Shown: one piece after another, positions 19,701 through 26,505 of the stretch | How the letters are laid out: every line of letters begins with the position of its first letter | How positions within the stretch are numbered: the stretch's first letter is position 1 | DNA from: a virus | Taxonomy: Duplodnaviria > Caudoviricetes | Strand: one strand, 5' to 3' | IMG/VR virus record: IMGVR_UViG_3300042295_000748 | Coordinates: 1-37,023 of that record | DNA: 37,023 bases | Notes under the pieces: generated by a model | What the model saw: only the letters and a program-made list of their open reading frames with translations | What the model was told of the DNA's origin: nothing | The model's database searches: none | Translations under genes and position numbers: made by a program

Positions 19701-21747
19701 AGATGCCACTCAAGCAAGGCTACAGCCAGAAGTCGATCAGCAGCAACGTGTCCCGGGAGATGAAGTCCGGCAAACCGCAGAAGCAGGCGGTGGCAATCGC
19801 GCTCTCGGTGGCGCGGAAGGCGGCCAAGAAGGCCGGCAAGAACTCGGGACGGTTCGACAAGCGGGGGATGTAAGGTTCATGCCGGACGGCACAAGCGATG
19901 GGCTTGCCGTTCTGGATGATGTGCTGAAGCTAGAGCTTCCGCGTAGACCCAAGGTCATCGACATTGCCAACGCATTCCAGAATATGTTCGGGAAGGCGAT
20001 TGAGTACCGCAAATCGAACCCGCAGGACAACGCTCGGTTGGTCAACCTGTTGGTTCAAGAGATCGACCGTGCCGTCAAGCTGCACCCCGAGGCCAAGGGT
20101 TGGTACGACGAGAACGTCAAACTGACGATGGACGTGATGCGGGATCTGGACCCGGATCTGGCCAAGCCCGAGAACGACTTCATCTTCAAGGCCATCCTGG
20201 CGGCTACGTCGGATGGCAACAAGGTAGGCCCACAGTTTCAACAGACTTGGAAGGAGTACAGCAACTGGAAGAACACCGGGGAGATTTCTGGTGAGTTCGT
20301 GTCCGGTGATCGCATTGAGAACATCCAGACCAACCTGGAAATGCTCAACGAGTTCATCAAGGACATCGGCTGGGAGAAGACCAAGGACTTCATGGTGCAG
20401 AAGGGCACAGTGAAGGATTTGCGCCAGGCCTTGGTCGACGTCTTCGGTTGGACCAAAAAGCAGGCCGCCGGTGTGGGATCTTCTGAGCGTGTCGACGAGG
20501 TGGTTCCGTTTGCGGTAGTGCTCGGTCCCAAGCTGGGGTCGTTCTTCAACAACCTGTACGGCGACTTCTCATCGGTGACCATGGACCGCTGGTTCATGCG
20601 CACACTGGGACGCCTGACCGGCACCCAGGTGGCACCGCTCTCAAAGGCTAAGCTGCGCGAGATGCGCAACAACCTGCGCGATGCAGTCGCCAGGCTGACC
20701 CCGTCTGAGTTTGAGATGCTTGGAGTCAAGCGTGGCGATCTTAAGGGCACGTCCATCGACGGTGCTGCCACAACCATCTCCGGCAGGTTCTCCAAGAAAG
20801 CCCTGCGTGAGACGGCTAAAAAATCCTCTGAGGCCGGTCAATCTGCGCTCGAGGAAACAAGAAAGTTTGCAAACGCTCTAAAAAAGGGCTTGAATCCCCT
20901 AGTCGAGGCTCCGGTCGATGGCACCCATCGGCGCTGGATTCGTGAGCGTATCGCAGAGGTTCAGTCGGAACTGCGTTCCCGCGGCATTGAGCTGGAGAAC
21001 GCGGACCTGCAGGCCGTGCTGTGGTATCTCGAAAAAGAACTCTATGAAAAACTCAACTACCGCAGCAAATCAGGAGAGTCAGACTATGCTTCCGCAGCCT
21101 CCTCCCTCTATCAGTCAGTGGCTGGACGACCGTCTGACGTCTATGCAGGAGGAACAGGACGAGTACGCGCAATCGGGAGCACTGGAGGCAGCGAAGGAAT
21201 GGGCGCAGGCCAAGCGAGCCAAGCGGCTGGGCCTGAAGTAGGCAGCCAGCGCTTCATGCCGGTGGATGAAAACACCGGCCTACCTCTCAATCCTGACAAG
21301 ACTGTTACCGTCTATCACCACACAAACAAGACGGCAGCAGAAGCAATCAGGCGCACCGGAGTGCTCAAATCAGCCGGTGAGCCTGACGTGTATGTGACTA
21401 CGGAAAAGTCCCCAACAACCGGCTATGGTGATGAGGTTGTTGCTATCAAAGTTGATCCCAAAAAACTGCAGATCGACGATCAGTTTCCTGATGGAAGGAC
21501 TGACTTCAGATTGTCAGTGGGCAAGCCTGGCGGATCAATGAAGGTCGCTGTTGATTCCAGTGAGCGCTTCATGCCTGTGCCCGACTCCTCAATGCCCGGC
21601 GCCTACTCCTTCCCCGGTGGCTACCGGGCACTCCCGGGCAAGGCCAAGGGCAGTCTCCGCCTCTACGGCCCCGCAGGCAGCCTGATCGGCATCGCAGCCA
21701 GCCTTGACGAAGCGCAACGCATCATCCGAAAGAAGTCCAAGCAATGA
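16717..21747 (+). CDS. Large ejection-type polyvalent protein (zincin peptidase, HhH-glycosylase-like and ART-like domains)
   Basis: 1676 aa; G/A-rich hydrophobic region, HELFH at 18202-18216 with downstream SELAAE, four R[FW]MP motifs, GPKLGSF..N..VTMDRW..LQAVLW domain, TVYHHT..VYVT..YG domain. Confidence 0.8.
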   Translation: MPYQIQVGSQVVEFPDSVGQDEAQRILSEQFPATGEDIAGAMQDPAYKPSVDDYLKFEQYSKTKQTDWINTIAQSVDAAAGLIGGAISEGAQGAVANPLNYIEGAAQGTRQLYGLVAQSQDPASPLFKFKDLVAGTGTAESRYNQFLEARDFANTTARLERGEEGIVVPPEYTNPEFVQGVSMILDPTLALPGIGEIIGAGKLATRAVGKGAQLTGRAVAGVAMPLERVAGAAERMTAEALGMAPEALRNTAATAGLAGALGIAPEAAAFAAIPAGIRTAREAGEALTRAGENLMTQPSRIGPLEAIGAAPGANLRQRMLGVVGQYGGDAALDASLRGIAGGIEGAAVGAGLGFLSGGEEGAAAGLGSGLAQGAAGALGARGFERLTGKAAKEARAGDLGRFIDAQQDPTTKALFERVRDQHGVDTASALMDVEGLVKGRFGDVDVKYLSDTDFVDQYKGRARGVQVEIGDRPTIVINADILGKGKGDSPLYTLGHELFHALEKSEQLAGGATEIKNALVGRWVQEGDITRKLAEGAFNDAEIEARFNQYRDKLGAGSPERADQLAQYDTIDKKAGYVASELAAEHFAALIAGQKPDAMLKGFSGLTRQLLDAALTQNASKAIANAAASIERTFGVKPTDSVLFPDLKQASPQVNAMLRDLVRARRKLDEKIMLDDSRGGRVLKPEDVSNPLAAKELVDLGLAEQMPDGSIRNLSSEEIRARDDKDLTSLRSITEKIPGARMVDGEITGRFSPDQLSAIEQSQTISSRMKDKIRAVNLAIENGNSLFVTYFAALRRVRNKLTKKYSPKYDSGIRVSEREFSPYSFKITKADNPVVNAIDITKVRNELSKLLKKDGSIGGLWSNTDGFMTDLARYFTNLDQKEGARRSAEIFGVEKAKFLGDFVGAAEKGGSKFVRSFRLDRVGSMSPMDFKAKFSEEAYQLSKQRWMPAETIGDKSVINSDEGYRIISGAKHKLYSPDGKLIGIYDTQTQAERKADATQARLQPEVDQQQRVPGDEVRQTAEAGGGNRALGGAEGGQEGRQELGTVRQAGDVRFMPDGTSDGLAVLDDVLKLELPRRPKVIDIANAFQNMFGKAIEYRKSNPQDNARLVNLLVQEIDRAVKLHPEAKGWYDENVKLTMDVMRDLDPDLAKPENDFIFKAILAATSDGNKVGPQFQQTWKEYSNWKNTGEISGEFVSGDRIENIQTNLEMLNEFIKDIGWEKTKDFMVQKGTVKDLRQALVDVFGWTKKQAAGVGSSERVDEVVPFAVVLGPKLGSFFNNLYGDFSSVTMDRWFMRTLGRLTGTQVAPLSKAKLREMRNNLRDAVARLTPSEFEMLGVKRGDLKGTSIDGAATTISGRFSKKALRETAKKSSEAGQSALEETRKFANALKKGLNPLVEAPVDGTHRRWIRERIAEVQSELRSRGIELENADLQAVLWYLEKELYEKLNYRSKSGESDYASAASSLYQSVAGRPSDVYAGGTGRVRAIGSTGGSEGMGAGQASQAAGPEVGSQRFMPVDENTGLPLNPDKTVTVYHHTNKTAAEAIRRTGVLKSAGEPDVYVTTEKSPTTGYGDEVVAIKVDPKKLQIDDQFPDGRTDFRLSVGKPGGSMKVAVDSSERFMPVPDSSMPGAYSFPGGYRALPGKAKGSLRLYGPAGSLIGIAASLDEAQRIIRKKSKQ
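19703..19873 (+). CDS. Nested +1-frame gene: small basic MPLK..KQAVAIAL protein (56 aa)
   Basis: MPLKQGYSQKSISSNVSREMKSGKPQKQAVAIALSVARK...; 51 of 56 codons end in G/C (hand count); AAGGA 6 nt upstream of the ATG. Confidence 0.75.
   Translation: MPLKQGYSQKSISSNVSREMKSGKPQKQAVAIALSVARKAAKKAGKNSGRFDKRGM
21044..21241 (+). CDS. Nested +1-frame ORF (65 aa; alternative start 21086, 51 aa)
   Basis: ...QWLDDRLTSMQEEQDEYAQSGALEAAKEWAQAKRAKRLGLK; G/C-ending codons favour this frame over the host frame; AGGAG at 21072-21076 precedes ATG 21086. Confidence 0.55.
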   Translation: MKNSTTAANQESQTMLPQPPPSISQWLDDRLTSMQEEQDEYAQSGALEAAKEWAQAKRAKRLGLK

Positions 21748-24467
21748 GCTACGATTCACAGACTAGCACGATCCTGATCAACAAGCTGCGCAAGGACGTC
21801 GACTCCTTGACTCTCAAGATCGCGGTGCTGCAGGACATCAAGGCCAACAACGTCGCAGGCGGCACTCCGGCGACCGCTGTGTGGACTGCTAGGACGCTGA
21901 ACACAGTCTCCAGCGATCCGAATGGCCTGATCATCGACCTTGCGTCCAACGAGTGGAAGGTGGCCGCCGGCGATTACCAGGTGAAGGTGCTGGCACCGTT
22001 CCATCACACCCGCGGCACCCGGTTGCGGATCTACGACGTCACCAACTCGGTGGTCATCGGGTACGGCCCCTCGCTCTACATCAACAACGGTGTGGACATG
22101 GAAGTGTCCCTGAACCTGCGCATCACACCGCACAAGGACAACGTCTACCGGCTGGAGTACTACTGCGAGCGCGGCGGCCATGCTGACGGCTTGGGTCTGG
22201 CTGCCAACGTCGGGCAGTCCGAGATCTACACCACGCTGGAGCTGACACGGCTCGACACCGGAGCCACCAAGCCCCTCGGTGCTGGCGGTCTGCAGGGTCC
22301 GCAAGGGCCTGCTGGCCCCACTGGCCCTGCCGGACCTGCTGGCCCCACCGGCGGCGGTGTGACCAGTGTCAACGTCTCCGGCGGCCTGACCGGCCTGACG
22401 ACCTCGGGCGGACCTATCACCAGCAGCGGCACAATCACGCTGGGAGGGGTTGTAGCCGTGTCGGCAGGCGGAACTGGTGCAACCACCGAGGCGGCTGCCT
22501 TGACAAGCCTGGGGGCCTACCCTGCGTCGAATCCGAATGGCTACACGTCGAACGGCGGCACGGTGACGTCCTTCGGGTTCACCAATGCCAACGGTGTGAG
22601 CGGTACGGTCACCAATGCGACCAGCACGCCCAACCTGACCGTAGCATTGGGTGCCATCACCCCGACCTCGGTGGCTGCCTCGGGCACGGTTACCGGCAGC
22701 AACCTGTCGGGCAGCAACACCGGCGACCAGACGATCACGCTGACCGGGGATGTCACCGGGTCTGGCACGGGGTCCTTCGCTGCGACCATCGCCAACAACG
22801 CGGTGACCTTCGCCAAGGTGCAGCAGATTGCCACCGACAAGATCCTGGGCCGCGATACCTCGGGCACGGGTGTTGTTGAGGAATTGACCGTCGGCGGCGG
22901 TGTGGAGTTCACAGGCTCCGGCGGCATCCAGACCAGTGCGTTCACCGGTGACGTCACCAAGGCTGCCGGTGGTACGGCCCAGACAATCGCCACCAGCGCG
23001 GTGACCTACGCCAAGATCCAAGACATCTCGGCGGCCTCGAGACTACTGGGCCGAGGTGCCGGTGCCGGTGCTGGGGTCGCCCAGGAGATCAGCCTAGGCA
23101 CCGGCCTGTCGATGTCAGGCACCACGCTGTCGTCGACTGCTGCCGGCTCTGTGACGTCGGTCGACGCTTCGGGCGGTACGACAGGCCTAACCTTCTCGGG
23201 CGGCCCTGTGACGACCACAGGCACGCTGACGCTGGCGGGCACGCTGGATGTGGCCAACGGTGGCACCGGAGCGACCACGGCTGCCGGAGCCCTGACCAGC
23301 CTCGGGGCCTACCCCAACAGCAACCCGGCCGGGTACACCGCCAATGCCGGCACCGTGACCAACGTGTCAACCTCGGGCGGTGCCAATATCTCGGTGGCTA
23401 CCGGCAGCACCACCCCGGTGATCAGCCAGGTGGCGGCTACGACCACGCAGAACGGCTACATGACCTCGGCACAGGCCACCAAGCTCGACGGCATTGCCGC
23501 AGGGGCTTCGGTGACGTCTGTGGGCGTGGACGGTGGCACGACAGGCCTGACCACCACCGGCGGCCCGATCACGTCGTCGGGGACCATTACGCTGGCCGGG
23601 ACATTGGCTGTGGCCAATGGCGGTACCGGAGCCACCAGCGCAGCCAATGCGATCACCAACCTTGGAGCCTACCCGGCGAGCAATCCCAACGGCTACACCA
23701 GCAATGCGGGCACGGTGACCAGCGTTAATGTGTCGGGAGGCAGCACCGGGCTCACGACTTCAGGAGGCCCGGTGACGGCCTCTGGCACCATCACCATCGA
23801 CGGTGTTCTGAGTGTGGCCAATGGAGGCACCAGTAGCACCTCGGCATCCTCGGCCATCTCCTTCCTGGCCGGCGCAACGACCAACGGGCAGTACCTCCGA
23901 GGCAACGGCACCGTGGTGCAGATGTCAGCCATCCAGGCCGTCGACCTGCCGCAGATTGCCCTGGGCGGATCTGCTGTCAGCGGGACACTAGGCGTGATCA
24001 ACGGCGGCACAGGTCAGTCCAACGTCTTCAGCGACGGCGACTTGCTCATCGGAAAGAGCATCGGGAGCACGCTTGCCCGGGCAAAGCTCACCGCGGGCAC
24101 AAACATCACCATCACCAACGGCTCCGGCACGATCACCATCGCAGCCACAGGCACTGGCACCGGCGACGTGGTGGGACCCGGCAGCGCGACGGATGGCGAC
24201 TTCGTTCTGTTCGATGGCACCACTGGCAAGTTGATCAAAGGGGCGAGCTACCGGCAGGTGGGCGGGGATATCATTGGGCCGATTGGCGGCAGCTCGATGA
24301 TCGACGGGTTCGTCTACATCCCGGCCGGCTCCGGGGCTCCGACAGGCACTCCGACCAATGTCTCAGGCACCAACGTGCCTATGTTCTTCCACACCAACAA
24401 CGCGACCAACACCAACGTGCTCTACATCCACAACGGATTCGCTTGGAAATCGGTTGCTCTGACCTAA
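21744..24467 (+). CDS. Tail fibre protein
   Basis: 907 aa G/T/S/A-rich; collagen-like (GXY)7 at 22287-22349; four VTSV..GG.TGLT..GGP repeats. Confidence 0.8.
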   Translation: MSYDSQTSTILINKLRKDVDSLTLKIAVLQDIKANNVAGGTPATAVWTARTLNTVSSDPNGLIIDLASNEWKVAAGDYQVKVLAPFHHTRGTRLRIYDVTNSVVIGYGPSLYINNGVDMEVSLNLRITPHKDNVYRLEYYCERGGHADGLGLAANVGQSEIYTTLELTRLDTGATKPLGAGGLQGPQGPAGPTGPAGPAGPTGGGVTSVNVSGGLTGLTTSGGPITSSGTITLGGVVAVSAGGTGATTEAAALTSLGAYPASNPNGYTSNGGTVTSFGFTNANGVSGTVTNATSTPNLTVALGAITPTSVAASGTVTGSNLSGSNTGDQTITLTGDVTGSGTGSFAATIANNAVTFAKVQQIATDKILGRDTSGTGVVEELTVGGGVEFTGSGGIQTSAFTGDVTKAAGGTAQTIATSAVTYAKIQDISAASRLLGRGAGAGAGVAQEISLGTGLSMSGTTLSSTAAGSVTSVDASGGTTGLTFSGGPVTTTGTLTLAGTLDVANGGTGATTAAGALTSLGAYPNSNPAGYTANAGTVTNVSTSGGANISVATGSTTPVISQVAATTTQNGYMTSAQATKLDGIAAGASVTSVGVDGGTTGLTTTGGPITSSGTITLAGTLAVANGGTGATSAANAITNLGAYPASNPNGYTSNAGTVTSVNVSGGSTGLTTSGGPVTASGTITIDGVLSVANGGTSSTSASSAISFLAGATTNGQYLRGNGTVVQMSAIQAVDLPQIALGGSAVSGTLGVINGGTGQSNVFSDGDLLIGKSIGSTLARAKLTAGTNITITNGSGTITIAATGTGTGDVVGPGSATDGDFVLFDGTTGKLIKGASYRQVGGDIIGPIGGSSMIDGFVYIPAGSGAPTGTPTNVSGTNVPMFFHTNNATNTNVLYIHNGFAWKSVALT
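22359..23850 (+). repeat. Four dispersed intragenic repeats in the tail fibre
   Basis: VTSVxxxGGxTGLTxxGGPxTxxGTxTxxGxxxVxxGGT units start at about 22359, 23151, 23511 and 23715; three are followed by LGAYPxSNPxGYT. Confidence 0.8.
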
Positions 24468-24478
24468 CCTGAAGGCCC

Positions 24479-24739
24479 ATGAAGCACACCTTCCCCTGCG
24501 TCGAATCAATGCGGCGCGTGAACCTCTCCAACGGTCGAGTGGTGCGCGTCTGGCGCGACCGTACCAAGGAGAACCTGTCGGCCTCCTACGACGACGCGGA
24601 CATCGTGTCGACCTGCATCGCCAATGCCACCAACGACACGCAGCTCCTGGCCGCACTGGCCAAATTGAAGGGCGTGAACGCTGTCGAGCTGGTCGACGCC
24701 AATGGCCAGGGCACCGTGGTCTACACCGCCTGGCCGTGA
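24479..24739 (+). CDS. Hypothetical protein
   Basis: 86 aa with phage-like codon use; stop overlaps next GTG. Confidence 0.7.
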   Translation: MKHTFPCVESMRRVNLSNGRVVRVWRDRTKENLSASYDDADIVSTCIANATNDTQLLAALAKLKGVNAVELVDANGQGTVVYTAWP

Positions 24740-24909
24740 CCTACCGCAACCGGACAAACCGGGCGATAGTGGTCGAAATACTGGCCGATACCGCGGAGCT
24801 GCGTTTGGGCGAGCTGCGGTGGCCCGTGGTGGTCTACCGCCGGCTCGACAACGGCACGATCTACGTGCGCTCGAGGGCCGAGTTCGAGGCCAAGTTCTGC
24901 CCTGAGTGA
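24736..24909 (+). CDS. DUF1653-like small protein (57 aa, GTG start, not in ORF track)
   Basis: VVVYRRLDNGTIYVRSRAEFEAKF matches the recalled VVY..L....WVRP..F pattern. Confidence 0.6.
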   Translation: MTYRNRTNRAIVVEILADTAELRLGELRWPVVVYRRLDNGTIYVRSRAEFEAKFCPE

Positions 24910-24949
24910 CCCTCGTTTTACCCCTACAAACATTGGGTTTTCTTCAAAA

Positions 24950-25028
24950 TCTACAGAAAAATGGTTTTCTCTGTAGACTCATGTCTGCCTCTGTGGCAGC
25001 TTGACTTCCGTCGGGGCAATCAAGTCAA
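24950..25028 (+). promoter_or_regulatory. AT-richer control region at the late/early boundary
   Basis: Inverted repeat TCTACAGAAAAA..TTTTCTCTGTAGA (24950-24977) overlapping a weak TAGACT-N17-CAGCTT promoter-like pair; second inverted repeat TTGACTT..AAGTCAA (25001-25028). Confidence 0.45.
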
Positions 25029-25040
25029 AAGCGAAACACC

Positions 25041-25286
25041 ATGAGCAACGCGATTCTAACGGCAGCGAATGAACTGATCGACAACAGCGGATCAATCAGC
25101 GCCGCGGTTGATATGCTTCAAGAGCGGATCACTCGTAGAAAGTCAGAAGGAAAGTCGTCTGAACTTGCTGAACAACAACTGGCTTACCTGAATCAGCTTT
25201 GGGAAACGTCCGGCGGAACTTACCAGACAGCGAAGCAGCAGGAACGTAGCAAGAACTACCAAGCAAGCGGCGGTTACATTGACTAA
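25041..25286 (+). CDS. Hypothetical early protein
   Basis: 81 aa helical ORF, lower GC than the structural genes, first gene after the control region. Confidence 0.7.
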   Translation: MSNAILTAANELIDNSGSISAAVDMLQERITRRKSEGKSSELAEQQLAYLNQLWETSGGTYQTAKQQERSKNYQASGGYID

Positions 25287-25322
25287 CACACTTTAGGCCC
25301 GGGTGGGGCCAATACCACCCAA

Positions 25323-25347
25323 CCAGGGGCGCGACTGGCCAACGCGC
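25323..25347 (+). promoter_or_regulatory. Predicted H-type RNA pseudoknot in gene leader (copy A)
   Basis: S1 CCAG/CTGG, L1 GG, S2 GCGCG/CGCGC, L2 A, L3 CCAA; 15 nt before ATG 25363. Confidence 0.55.
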
Positions 25348-25362
25348 ACAACTCTCCAAACC

Positions 25363-25695
25363 ATGACCACTCTTTCCAACCTCATCAGCGCTCTGATCAT
25401 CGTCGAGTCATCCGGCAACGATCAGGCCATCGGCGACAACGGACGCGCCCTGGGCCCCCTGCAGATCCACCGCGGTGTGGTTCTGGATGTGAACCGGATC
25501 ACCGGTAGTAACTACCGGCACCAAGACATGACCAACAGGGTGGCGGCCCGGGCTGTGTGCGAGGCCTATTTGAAGCACTACGGCCGCGGAGCCACCACCG
25601 AGCAGTTGGCTCGCCGTTGGAATGGGGGGCCTACCGGAGACCGAAAATCTGCCACCGAGGCCTACTGGGCCAAGGTTAAGAAGCAACTGAAATGA
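25363..25695 (+). CDS. Lysozyme-like / lytic transglycosylase family protein
   Basis: ALIIVESSG (catalytic Glu), GDNGRALGPLQI, ARRWNGGP, YWAKV motifs; ATG 25363 preferred. Confidence 0.8.
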   Translation: MTTLSNLISALIIVESSGNDQAIGDNGRALGPLQIHRGVVLDVNRITGSNYRHQDMTNRVAARAVCEAYLKHYGRGATTEQLARRWNGGPTGDRKSATEAYWAKVKKQLK

Positions 25696-25829
25696 CCAAA
25701 CCGAAAACCATCAACGTGACACCCACCACCCACAAGGCCCTGCGCGACTACTGCCTCGCCGCCGGCCTCAAACTGCAGGCCGTGGCCGACAAGGCAATCG
25801 CGGCCTGGCTGAGAAAGGCTGCAAAGTGA
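25692..25829 (+). CDS. Ribbon-helix-helix-like DNA-binding protein (45 aa, not in ORF track)
   Basis: MTKPKTINVTPTTHKALRDYCLAAGLKLQAVADKAIAAWLRK; coupled at both ends. Confidence 0.7.
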   Translation: MTKPKTINVTPTTHKALRDYCLAAGLKLQAVADKAIAAWLRKAAK

Positions 25830-26281
25830 CTCGAATCCTCGCAATTGACCCGGGTGCCTCAGGCGGCCTGGCCTACCTGGGAGCCTCCGGCATCATCCTA
25901 AACTCAATGCCGGAGACCGATCAGGACATCAGCATCCTGGTGAGCGACAGGCTGGCGATCAGCGACGTGGTGTACATTGAGAAGGTCGGCGGTTACGTCG
26001 GCGGCAAGGGCGCCCCGGGCTCTTCGATGTTCAACTTTGGCTACAACGTTGGGTTCCTGCACGGCCTGATCGCAGCCTCGAAGACTCGGGTCATCGAGGT
26101 GCCGCCGCAGCGCTGGCAGAAGACCATCCAGGCAGGCACCAAGGCGACCCATGGTGCGAAGTGGAAGAGTCACCTAAAGGGCATCGCGCAGCAGCGCCAA
26201 CCCCGCCAGGTGATCACACTGAAGACGGCGGACGCTGTGCTGATCCTGGAACACGCCATGATTGCGGAGGGGTTGAAGTGA
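25826..26281 (+). CDS. RuvC-like Holliday junction resolvase
   Basis: RILAIDPGASGG, VYIEKV, SMFNFG, VPPQRWQK, ADAVLI motifs. Confidence 0.85.
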   Translation: MTRILAIDPGASGGLAYLGASGIILNSMPETDQDISILVSDRLAISDVVYIEKVGGYVGGKGAPGSSMFNFGYNVGFLHGLIAASKTRVIEVPPQRWQKTIQAGTKATHGAKWKSHLKGIAQQRQPRQVITLKTADAVLILEHAMIAEGLK

Positions 26282-26505
26282 TCACCAAGAAGACCATCAC
26301 CAGCGCCGTGGCCGCGGGCTGGATCTCATTCCCGGAGCCCAAGGCCAGGGAACTGTCGAGGAACTGGGCGCAGCCGGTCGAGGCCTTCGACAGCGAGCTG
26401 GCATACCGGCTGTGGGACAACGGTGCCGACACCGACACCGTGGCCCGGGCCATCGGCTGCAAGCGCAGGTTCGTGGCCCAGATCATCAAGGAGCACAAGC
26501 GATGA
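26278..26505 (+). CDS. Small HTH protein
   Basis: GTG start coupled to upstream stop; GADTDTVARAIGCKRRFVAQII helix-turn-helix pattern. Confidence 0.6.
   Translation: MITKKTITSAVAAGWISFPEPKARELSRNWAQPVEAFDSELAYRLWDNGADTDTVARAIGCKRRFVAQIIKEHKR

Noticed and set aside
19364-19702. Upstream part of the 169-aa +1 ORF
   Set aside because: S/R-rich shadow translation; codon bias favours the host frame until ATG 19703.
21266-21397. Short +1-frame ORF inside the ART-like cassette
   Set aside because: About 43 codons overlapping the catalytic motifs, with no codon bias or protein-like pattern.
22359-23850. Fibre repeats as DGR template/variable repeats or a CRISPR array
   Set aside because: In-frame protein repeats with third-position divergence; no reverse transcriptase, adenine-specific variation or spacer structure.
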